Of a DNA stretch of 64,000 nt, positions 11,690 to 22,046 are shown one piece after another (position 1 is the stretch's first letter; each line of letters starts with the position of its first letter). The position numbers and the translations under genes were made by a program. The notes below the pieces were generated by a model. It worked only from the letters and a program-made list of their open reading frames with translations, ran no database searches and was not told where the DNA came from. Location: positions 469,316 to 533,315 of the forward strand of contig NW_003314291.1 of the NCBI RefSeq assembly GCF_000143415.4, read 5' to 3'. Source of the stretch: Selaginella moellendorffii (taxonomy: Eukaryota; Plantae; Lycopodiophyta).

Positions 11690-13623
11690 GAAAGCAGAGG
11701 ATTACCAAGCACTGCCCTTGCAGCTCGAGGCAGTGATCGCCAGCAGTCACCCAGCATCAAGTGTTCCCAAGTATGATGCACCTATACTCGAGGAGGATGA
11801 CGAGCATGAGTGTTCCCAAGTATGATCCACCACCATTACCTGTACTTGAGGATGACAACCATGATTCGCAAGAGGTAACTCGAGAGTTAAGATGGTTTGT
11901 TTGGAACTGCACCAACCTTCTCTTGCAGCTAGAGGCAGTTATGGTTGGCATTGTGGATTCAGTTCAGTATACTTCTCTCGGTGGCAAGACTCTTGCAATC
12001 AACAACGACGATGACAACCTGAGCTGGAGGAGATCCAGAGCTTCTTTCGGACAACAGGCCATCCAACCATAGCTCCAATACCATGTTGGAAAAGGGATCT
12101 GGACAAGCCGGGGATTGAGAACTCCTCCCTGGTTGTGTGCTTGTTCAGCTTAGTTCCAACAGGACATTCCCGTCGGTGCAGCTACCATCCAGAGCCGAAA
12201 TTCATCTGGAGGTGGAGGAACTTAAGAAGCTAATTGGAGAGCGGACTTGGAAGCTACCGACCACTCTTCAGTCGATAAAAGAAGAAATGTGGAGCAGGCT
12301 TCTGAACGTGGGACGTCCCAGGAATTATGGGAAGAACTCAAGAACTTCCGGGGGTGGCATCGATTCTCAGTGACCAGTTCCCGACGGATGCTTCTGGAAG
12401 CATCACCAGGACATGGACCTTCTCTATTCCGTGGGGTGGATCGCTTCATAGCTCCACCCCACGGAATAGAGAAAGAAATTTGATCCAGAAATCCACCCCA
12501 AAATTTCTGGATTTCAGAAATTTGCAAAAGCAGCACAACAAGATGGAGAAGAACAACCAGCTTCAGTCTTTTGGCAGAGGTTGCAAGGCAATGGCACCAG
12601 CACCGTGAGAAAGCACAGGAGGCCTCCAGACAAGAATAGTGATGAACAAGAACTTGTGGCAGCGATGGCTGAGGAGTCATCCTACAAGGTATGTCTCTGT
12701 GGACAGGAATCAGATATGTATTTGTACTAAGATGTACACTGAACAGGTGCTAAAGTCTCATGCAGCAGCAGGATCTCGAAAGTTGAGGCAAGTTGATGTT
12801 TCATCGACACCAGTTTGGCGGAGCCTGCGAGGCGATGGCACCAGCACCGTGGGAATGCACAGAAGGTTTCCATCCAAGAATAGTGAAGAACATGCAGCAG
12901 CAATGGCCGAGGAGTGATCCTACAAGATATGTCAGGAATCAGATGTATTCGTACTAAGATGGACATTGAACAGGTGCTAAAGTCCCATGCAGCCACAGGA
13001 ATTCCATCTCAGAAGTTACTGGCTAGCGGCACTGGTGACACTAAGGAGGCTAGCAGCAATGCCTCACCACCAGCAGCATCGCCACCACCTTTTATGTGGC
13101 GGTGGTTCCCTCGAAGCTTGGGCGAGGATGGTGGGAAGGCCAAGAGGATCAACACCGAAATGTTTCAAGAAGCTGAAGAGACTTCAATATCAAGGTCTCA
13201 GAGTTTAGTGTTTGCGGGGTGAGCAACGGCAGCAGCAGTGCCAGTGAATTCGTCGAGTTATTTGAAGGAGAAGGCATTAGCAGCAGTGATGCCATCCTGA
13301 ACTCGCTGTTGGAAGGCGAAGGTGGCGGCAGCAGCAGCAATGCAGATCTTCAGCTGGCTTCCTCCAATGATCTCAACTTGCAAGCGATGGCTGTGTCAGC
13401 AACCCCGCTGCTTCTTCCAATCCATGCCGTGGTGCTGGTTGCGCTGCTCTTCCTCTTCTTGCTCTCCTTCCTCTTGGTGATCAAGAGGAGGTGGGGGAGG
13501 AGGAACAGAGGGCTCCTGAGTTCCAGCTTTCGATGCAAATGCATCAGGATGGGCAGTGGACGGGATCAAGTTGTCGCAAGCATGGCTAGGTACTTGGATA
13601 AAACCTTGAAGGCGGTGGCCTAA
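11690..13623 (+). pseudogene. Degenerate gene-like region of unknown function with internal exon-intron duplications
   Basis: GC-rich exon-like blocks; a unit of about 244 bp duplicated at about 12587 and 12831, the second copy with the GT donor lost and a TGA; smaller duplications at about 11718/11923 and 11760/11809. Confidence 0.35.
12420..12473. repeat. Perfect 21-bp inverted repeat with a 12-nt loop
   Basis: ttctctattccgtggggtgga / tccaccccacggaatagagaa. Confidence 0.95.
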
Positions 13624-15639
13624 CACTGCGTGATGATCCCCATCGGGAGTGATAGAACTTCGGTGGCAGATTTTCATCGGCCGGAAGCAATAGTTACATT
13701 GCCAATAGCTTTGTGTCGCAGCTGATGCCAAAGGCTGAGAAACGATGCATGCAAAGCCTTTTCTCGTGCAAGCCACGAACGAAAGGAAGAACAGTGAGCG
13801 AAAGAAATTGTTTTGTCAGCTGCGGCCATGAACATCACCTGAAGAGTGAATGCGCAAACAGTGCCTCCATCAAGCCCCCACACAAAGGTTTTCCCAATGT
13901 TTGTAGCGGCAGCTAAGAAGGCCATCCTCACTATATTTAAACAAAGCTGTGTGATCAACATAGTTCTAGAAAAACTACGAAATGGATCCAGAGAGCCACT
14001 TCGTACCTGATGTCTAGGGACTTCAACTTAGCCGATCCAATCGCACAATGTTCGTCCATGGAGATGTCGTGTGAAAAACATCCAAGATAAAAATTAAGAA
14101 GGAAACAATCCGCACACCATTCCCTCAATTTCAAACATTGTTCTGTGGACACAGCTCTCACTATGAAGAAGCAAGTTCCATTGGGATGAATTGGAGCCCT
14201 TATGGAGCTAATAGGAAACCATTTTCGATGCACTGGATTGACAACCTGTTCAAAAACTTGATTTTAATCATATTCCTTCATTTAAAACAGTAACTCAGCA
14301 TCTAGGCACATATCCAATCCCCCAGATTAAAACACGTGCCTACGTTGGTAACGCTTCAATTTTGGTTTTAGTGGCGCTTCTTTCTTAGGACTGCTGGTTT
14401 GTCTTTCTATTTATCCCTGCATTTTAGTGCTGTTCAGCCAGCATCAGATCAAGATTGCCTCCTCCTTATTGCGTTAATGGACTTGATGTCCTCTGCAAAG
14501 AAGTAGCGAGCATAGATTTTCACATTCAAGTGGTAAGAAAGCTTCTTAGTATAATTCCTTCTTTCTTTCCATCCATCCAAGATTTTTGAAATCTGGCAGG
14601 AACCACATCTCCTGAGAGTCTCAATATGAAGTTTGCAGCAATGGTAAAGCCATACTATAATGTTACAAAACCTTCTTGCTGGTTTTATACCAGCTCTCTC
14701 AATAGCTCAATGCTAATTGTGGTCACAGAAGACATTTTTCACTAATGAAATGAGCGCATCTAGGCTTAATATGCAAGAATACTATAATAGGAAGTTCCTC
14801 ACTGTTGATTGGGTGCTGCACTACCCTGCAAATCTGGATGGGCATATTCCTAGTAAGTATATAAAAGTCTTTAGTTTTCTCTGACACAAGTTTTTAGCAG
14901 TGGTCCGAGAATGTACACTAAAGAATGATCAGGCAAAAAAAAATGAAGAATCATGAATTGCAACACAAGAAAAACCATAAGTTGGATTTTAGAGAATCCT
15001 ATTTAAATAATATTCTCATCATTTGATAAATGGACTAGAGTACTCTGGTCAAAGATGGTAACACTTCTTTCTTACTTCTGTCCAAACATAATATTATCAC
15101 CATCTTCGCAAGCACCATTGATTTATCATAAGTTACAATGCAACTACAATTCTATAACTTTCTCTTTGCATAGTTTGGTATTTTACAATCTGGAGTATTT
15201 ATATGTCAATAGACTTGCAATACAAAGCCCCTATGGTGCACTTACTAAGGTTTTTAAATAGCCTTAATCTTTTTCAATCTAATCTTAAAATTGTAGCATA
15301 CTATGTGAAATGTTTTTTGCATCATTTCATAAACACTGTTCGGATTTTCACTCATTTACCATTGTGAAATAACAGGGGGTATTCCAAACATCAACTCAAG
15401 AATATTGGGATCTGGGATCATGTAATGCTAATGTAAAATTTAGAACAAGGTCAAGTGATTTGCAAATATAGATTTATGACTTTTGACTAGATAGAACACT
15501 ATTAGTAGTAGAACATGGTGCTTCTGATGCTACATGTCATGTTGGGAATATACATCTTTAATCTAAATAGAAATTACTAAATATTAAGTCTTAGTCATAA
15601 TTTTTTATTCTCATTATTTGGCATTAAATACTGAAAGAA

Positions 15640-15880
15640 AAGAAAAGTTTGCAGTAAAAATCCACAATCGCCTGACCATAAAGGCAATCGAGGATCGACG
15701 AGTTGGAACTCCAGCAAGTTCCTTTATTACAGGATGTAGTGCACTTTCCAGATGCCCTAAGTGCTCGAATCCGAGTGTCAATTCGAAATCCCCACTAATT
15801 CCACTCACCTGGCCTGTATCTCCTCGAAGACTCTCCTCGCGGCTTCCAAATCCCCACACTTTGCAAACATATTGATGTCC
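15640..15880 (-). pseudogene. PLS-class PPR gene fragment
   Basis: INMFAKCGDLEAARRVFEEI, then a frameshifted HLGHLESALH. Confidence 0.7.
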
Positions 15881-16228
15881 AGGGGAGTGTCCTCGGGTAA
15901 TCCGTGATCCGGGATGATCCCGAGCAAGATCCGCGCCTGCGTGATGGATGGGATGCTCACGATTCCGCAGGCGACGCTAAAGAATGTGATGTTTTCCACA
16001 TGGCGTGGAAGAGCTGGAGCGGCGCAGAGTTTCAAACAAGCTGTTATGTATTAAGGGAGAGTTTATGAAGAGAGGTTCTTCCATTCCAATCCTAAGAAAT
16101 GCCACTCATGCACGGATGAAGTGGATGACGAAGAAAAGAAGGGGTGAAAAAGGAAGTAGAGCCTCAAACTTGAATTCCAAAGTTGATAAGCTAATACCCT
16201 TCCCCCTCTGGTCTATATGGCTCGAGTG

Positions 16229-16877
16229 CATAGTTGCCGGAAAACGTGTGAAACTTAAAAAACATAACGTTTTAAACGCGTTAAACGCTGTTCTAAACTC
16301 CCAATGCGTTTGCATTATTTGCAAAAAGAGACAAAAGTTTCTTTAGGGTTTCTTCAAAGTTCTTGTGGTCATGATAGGAATTGGAGGACGCCGCAAATGC
16401 TGGACTGGAAGCATGTGATACAAGTAGAGCAGCACTGGACATGTAAGTATTGTCATGAGATTCACACTGGGGGGTGAGCACATCTCGCTAGAGTTCGGGC
16501 AAGAGGTGTGAAAACGTGCAAGGCAATGAGGGATGAGGTTCTTAAAAAAGCTCATAGCAGTTTTCCGATTCCGAGCTAGCAGACCCAGCAGATGCCAATG
16601 ATGGGCATCTGCTGTAGCAAGCCGCACAAGGTTCAGGGGGGCTAGTAGAATCTATGGTGGCAATCTAAACTGGCTTCTTCTTTCATTTGTTTTAGTATGT
16701 TATTTGGTTTGGTTTTATAAACTTAATATCAGATTAAAGTGTCTTTAGTAAATATTAGTGTTTTCATAATCATTTTAAGCTTTAACATGTAAACGTTGGA
16801 TTGTCCTGAAAAAAACGTTTTAAACGGCTTTTAAATGTCAACACGTTGGAACGTTTGCACGTCTAGCTGCAACTATT
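16229..16877 (+). mobile_element. Non-autonomous hAT DNA transposon (649 bp) retaining a BED zinc-finger fragment
   Basis: 8-bp TSD CTCGAGTG (16221-16228 and 16878-16885); TIRs CATAGTTGC/GCAACTATT; subterminal AAACG motifs; internal WKHV..HWTCKYCH..GG..HLA..GVKTC. Confidence 0.9.
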
Positions 16878-17857
16878 CTCGAGTGTGCTGTTCCTCCAAA
16901 CCGCAACTGGGTGAGGGGAGAACATCAGCCGTGTCTCCTCATCAAAATCACACTTGAACCCCGAGCAAGTGCGAGTGTAGACGCTAGGCAGGTTCGAGAG
17001 CACGCCGGCCGTCTCAGGCGATGTCACCAGGTTGTAGTCGTTGCACAGGTCCTGGACAATCCCCAGTCCCTGGCTCCTGCTCCGCGCCTTGCACACGTAC
17101 ATGCGTGGCCAGTGCATCCACGCAAAGTGCCACTCGTCTTTGAGGTCCGTGATCACCACCCACGGCTTGAGGGTGCGGCATTTGATGTTCACTCCCAGCA
17201 ACATCACGAGCGCCCTCCATATGTGCAGCTCGTTAATCTCTTCCTTGATATAGTAGCCAATGATGATGTCCTCGGCCACACACATGTACACGAGCATCAT
17301 GTCCAGTGCGAAGCGGAGGGTGTAGGGGAACTCCTCACCCGCGGTCGAGCTCCATATCTCCTGCACGAAGTCTATGCGTCAACTACATGCGGCAGCCTGA
17401 AAAGATCGCCAACTTTGGCACGCTCCTCCAGGTACGTTACCGTGTCCCGTGGCCTCCTGCTATTCCACCCTGCGAAGGCTTCGCACTCGATTTCCTCCCG
17501 CGGGTTTAGCCACCCTTCCCCTCTCATAACCTCGATCTTCAACCGGGCGAGGACAAGCTTACAGTCTTCAAGTGTCATGAGATGGACCTCACACGTTCTG
17601 TTGCGTTGAATGCTATCTACTCCAACAGAGTCACTCCGGTGGAATGTTAGCTCGTCTCCGGGAAAGATGGCGGCGTTACGTTCCAGAGGACGGCCGTCCC
17701 TCGCCAAGAAGCCTCTGTCCCCCACCTTCCTCCACGCCCTGTCTATAATCTCAAGAGCCCCTGCGTCTGGAATATCAAACAGCGCCAGAAGTGACCCGTC
17801 TACGCCCCTGACCTGGCACTTGCCCATCGGATGTGGCAGCACTGGATATGACTTCAT
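16863..17857 (-). pseudogene. Crinkler (CRN)-like protein with a small N-terminal domain and a restriction-endonuclease-like C-terminal domain; frameshift at about 17372; 3' end interrupted by the hAT
   Basis: ORFs 17372-17929 and 16863-17366 join with a 1-nt correction; motifs AFAGW, FPYTLRFALDMMLV, IGYYIKEE and PWVVITDLKDEWHFAW resemble the CRN C-terminal VxLTDLxxxWxFxW signature. Confidence 0.6.
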
Positions 17858-18045
17858 AGTCTTGAGTAGAAAGACGCTAAACTGCAGGTAAGAAGCGCAG
17901 GGGATCAGTCGGGTGAGCGGCCAACACATAAAACGCGTACCGGATTCCCCCCTGAAGCAATCAGAGAGCCTCGACCCTTGATTCTCGCGTGCACCAAGCT
18001 CATGTTACACAAGTGATCTCCTCCGTTCGCAGAAACAAATGAAAT

Positions 18046-19260
18046 TTAAGCACTTACCTCAGTAGCCAAACGAGGTTCAGCACACACTACGGTCCACTTG
18101 AAAGACTCCATGTTCAGTAGCATGGTTTCTTCTGTAGCGCCTAGTGTATAGATAGATATAAGAGGTACTTGGAGCATGGAAGAATTAAACTTACCACCAA
18201 CATCGTCTCCAGTGACAGCAGTTGCAAAACGTGCGGCAGGTACGAGGGTGGGACCTTGATCTGGATACCAGGACCATTGACGCTGCAAACATTTTGGCTA
18301 CTTGATCAGAGCTAACATCTTAAGACTCCGTGCCTACATTTACAAGATTCAGTGCGTATAGGTTCTTGCAAAAGCCAGATGAACCAGCTCCAAAAAGGTA
18401 GAGATGGTCGTCTTTATGCACAGCAGCATGGAAAGCAAGCGGTGGTGGAATGGATCCACTGCCATGGAGGTATGGAATTGATATATATATAACCTTACAT
18501 TAACCAGCTCCCACTGCTTGCTTTTCAAATCGAGTGCATGTACCCGAGGGTGCAGCTGACCCTCAAAATCCACACGGCCATACACCCATATTTTGCTCCT
18601 GATCAGGGTGGCGGAGTGACCACGAGTTGCACCCTACATAAAACCGCATGAAGATACAACGAGACAGCCTTGAAATGCTTACCGGAATGCTTCCCCCCCT
18701 TTCCATAAGTGACCACTCATTGTTATTCGTGTCAAATTCATAGACTGTATATATCACACGGAGATGAGCCCAAGGCATGAGAAAAGAGGAAAGCAAGAAC
18801 CACACAGTACCGCATATTTTCATCAGACGGAATGCCAACAACGAGCAAGAGCGTTCTTCCACTTGCTAACTGCAAAGCTCGTCGCAAAGCCCGCTATAAA
18901 CAACTTGAATAGCCTCAACTCACCAGGCAATGGCCGGCGCACGACACGGAACAAGGTTGGGCTCTCGACCACTTCAAGCTTCCCAAGTCCAAAACCTCCA
19001 CGAGAGTGTTATAAAGAACTTGAGAAAGATCCACGCTACTTAAACTCACCAGCACATCGTTCAAGTATTGGTCCGCGAAGCATCCTCCCACCACATACAT
19101 CTTCTCCTCGATGGCAGCCGCGCTGTGCTGCAAGGGATTCAAGGTAAAAACCAAGCACAAGGACCAGAAAAATGGCATAGCAGGGATCGGGCTTGTGGGA
19201 GAACATCTATCAACTGCCATTGAGGCGGCATATTGGGATACAGCCGCTTAAACAAGTACC
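18046..19260 (-). pseudogene. Degenerate Kelch-repeat gene similar to the Kelch region of ACBP4/5
   Basis: QHSAAAIEEKMYVVGG..QYLNDV, VLDLGSLKWSR..CAGHCL, VHALDLKSKQWE and GATEETMLLNMESFKWTVV occur in ACBP4 order, with frameshifts and stops. Confidence 0.75.
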
Positions 19261-21128
19261 CCACCGCACCCACAGCACAAAATCTTTTATAACAATCATG
19301 GTGGCAAGTTTACCCTAAGAGGATTATCCCAGCTAAAGCATTTTTGAAATTGATGTTGTGAGATCTTGGGGGAAACGAGCTCGAGGACAAGAAAGTCGCT
19401 TGAAAAGGGACGTCCATCATCATTTTACATACAAACAATCATAAACAATAATCCTCTATCATGTTCTTTCAATTCAACCATGGTTGTTTTCCAGACAATG
19501 AATTATTAAAACACACTATCAAAGGCTGCGCAACTATTAAGTCTTTCAGTCAGTAAGATACTATTTGAGACTACTGCGCTTGTTTGTAACTAGAAAATCT
19601 GGAAGAAGAACAGTAAAAACGAGAGAAGGAACACGTTGAAGCTACCTCATAAACTGAGCAGTCTTGTGTTTGTGTGGAACTTCCCTCCTCCCAAGTTTGT
19701 GCTTTGCATTGGCGCCAAAGAAGTAAACAATGCAGAGAGGGTCTTTGGTCCAACGCAATGGAAAGAGCTCCGGGAGATGCTAGCTGTTTGGAAGGTATTC
19801 CAATCCCGGATAGAGACCTCTAACAAGTTTTTGCTTTCTTTTAGGAAAATATTTGGAATGTGACGAGAAGTGTGGAGAATGCAAGAGCTGCAAGGCCAAG
19901 GCCACTGGCTCTCCAAGGCCAAGTTGTTCCTTAAATTTTCTCGCTGCTCGACAATTAGATATACAAATAGTTAATCATTAAAATAAAAAGCTGGAAAATG
20001 TCACCACCATCGAGCATTTCCAGGATTTAAAATATCTTTCTTTCATGCATCAGTTTCAACACCATCTGCATAGAGTTTAATAATTCCTGATGGATATTTT
20101 TAATCCTCTTTAAAAAAAACTTCTACTTTCTAGACACTCCAATATATAGCTTATTAATTTGGTATTCTGATGATGAAGTTGAATATTGGATCATCAAGGG
20201 AATAGCAACGAAGATGTTGGATGCAAAATCGATCAAATGCATCGACATGTTGTCATAAGGTGAGCATTTCTCTAGTGATTGCTACACCGAGGACTACACA
20301 GATTTTTCCTATGTAACTCGCAAAATACCTGCAGTAGGTTGTTTTACAGCATTGCCTTGATTTGGATTCCTTCGATACTGTTGATCTGATCGAGTGGTGG
20401 TGAGAATTTCTGGATTTGGGTGGGGATGCCGAGAGAAAAAACAGGATTTGGTTTTCTGGGAAACGCAGAGCTAGCCGACTAGCAGGTCGCACGTTGGAGG
20501 CTAATGCTCACTAGAAACAAAGAGGAGAGGCTCACAACTTATCGTAAGTCAAAGATAAAATGTACCAAAAGTTTTTACGTCGTCTCCTACTAGCAATTTC
20601 TTCAAATGATCTATTGGGAACTAAAGAATAAAGATTTGATATTTTGATATTTTGCTAATATATTTTTAGCAAAGTGTGGATTCAAATTAAGGGATGATTG
20701 TATTCTTAAGATGATAAAAATTGGTAATAATGTATTATTGTACTTTAGAGAACTGCAACATTTTGTCACCAGGGTTACATCCATTGGCAGAGAAATGTTG
20801 ATGTCATTATTGTTACTACTATTGTTACATTAGACCACTAATTTATCATAATATTCCACTGTAGCATAGCTGTGGAGATATAGGCACCCAATGTGGACCT
20901 TTTAACCACTAACAGTATATGTTTAGAATATCAGCTTACAAGTTTCTGTCGTCCTTCTAACTCTTGTGCTTCTGGGAGCATCTCTGTGTGCATCAGCAAC
21001 AAAAATCAGCCAGCTGGCTGAAATTAACGTTTCTGTCGTTGCTGCAAGTTTCGAGCTTAAAAGCCTATGCAAGCCTCTGTTCAATCTCGCTGGGCTCGCA
21101 TATATATTTCTTATTTGCACAATTCTAC

Positions 21129-21401
21129 ATGATGGCACAATCCAAGCTGTTTCTTGCGCTTATGATAGCACTTGTTGTTGCTGCTGCTACTGGCACTGCT
21201 GGAAGTTGCGTTGAGGAGCGCAGCGCTCTTGTTGGAGCTGGCTGCGATGGATGTCACTGCACGGAATGCGTTTGCCCGGTAGGAGTTGGACCAGGATGCA
21301 CTCCCGCGTGCCACTGCAGTGCTTGCGTTTGCCCTGCCTCGCTGCTGGCTCAGGAACTGCTTGGGGCTCAGTTTCTTCATGTTTCCGTTAAGCATGCTTG
21401 A
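21129..21401 (+). CDS. Small secreted cysteine-rich peptide (90 aa) with a duplicated GC..CHCxxCVCP motif
   Basis: Signal peptide MMAQSKLFLALMIALVVAAATG; 11 Cys; TATA-like tatatatt at about 21101. Confidence 0.75.
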   Translation: MMAQSKLFLALMIALVVAAATGTAGSCVEERSALVGAGCDGCHCTECVCPVGVGPGCTPACHCSACVCPASLLAQELLGAQFLHVSVKHA

Positions 21402-21589
21402 TCTCTCATAGCTCATGGGAGAAGCCGCCTGATATGTGTGTACTCGTATCGAATATAATGTGTTGCTGACAACACATTGCTGCATCGAATAAAATATGTT
21501 GCCATTTCATAGAAGAAGAGTAGTACTAAAAAAAAGAACTCCAAAAAATTCAGCTCCACAATCCAAAAAGCATATTAAAGTCTCTCGCA

Positions 21590-22046
21590 TCTCAATACGT
21601 CTCTTCCTCGATCTTGGGCCCGGGGCCATTGGATCCGCCCGAGCTCCTCCAAACCCAGCGCCGCCGCCTGGAGCGCCACCACCACCACCACCCTGGTACA
21701 CGGGATCACCGGGTTGCAGATCCTCTCGAGCTCCTTCTGCTTGTCCTCGAGCTCCTCCACCTTGCTCGGACCCGAGAACAATCTCCAGGGGTTCTCTCCA
21801 GCATCCCTCTGGCTCCCAGGGGTGTCCCGCAGATCATGGTTGCGTTGCCAATGGTATCCTCAACGAGAAGTTCAAGGCGGAGGACGATGAGGCGAGGAAG
21901 AAGATCGACGCCAGGAACGCGCTGGAGAACTATCTATGCGTACAACATGAGGAACACGATCCGGGACGACAAGGTGGCCGGGCAAGAGGAAGATCGAGGA
22001 GGCGATTGACAAGACGATCGAGTGGCTAGATGCGAATCAGCTGGCG
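21590..22046. pseudogene. HSP70: Cytosolic HSP70 C-terminal fragment split into two opposite-orientation pieces
   Basis: Plus strand 21764-22046: ARTR..IPLAPRGVPQI..ANGILN..EKFKAEDD..NALENY.AYNMRNTI..IEWLDANQLA. Minus strand 21763-21590: VEELEDKQKELERICNP..MYQGGG..GPKIEEE. Confidence 0.9.

Noticed and set aside
15880-15990. HSP20-like fragment (KIRACVMDGMLTI)
   Set aside because: Too short, and the rest of the alpha-crystallin domain is not visible.
16911-17609. 232-aa plus-strand ORF
   Set aside because: Antisense shadow of the GC-rich CRN-like gene, with no recognisable motifs.
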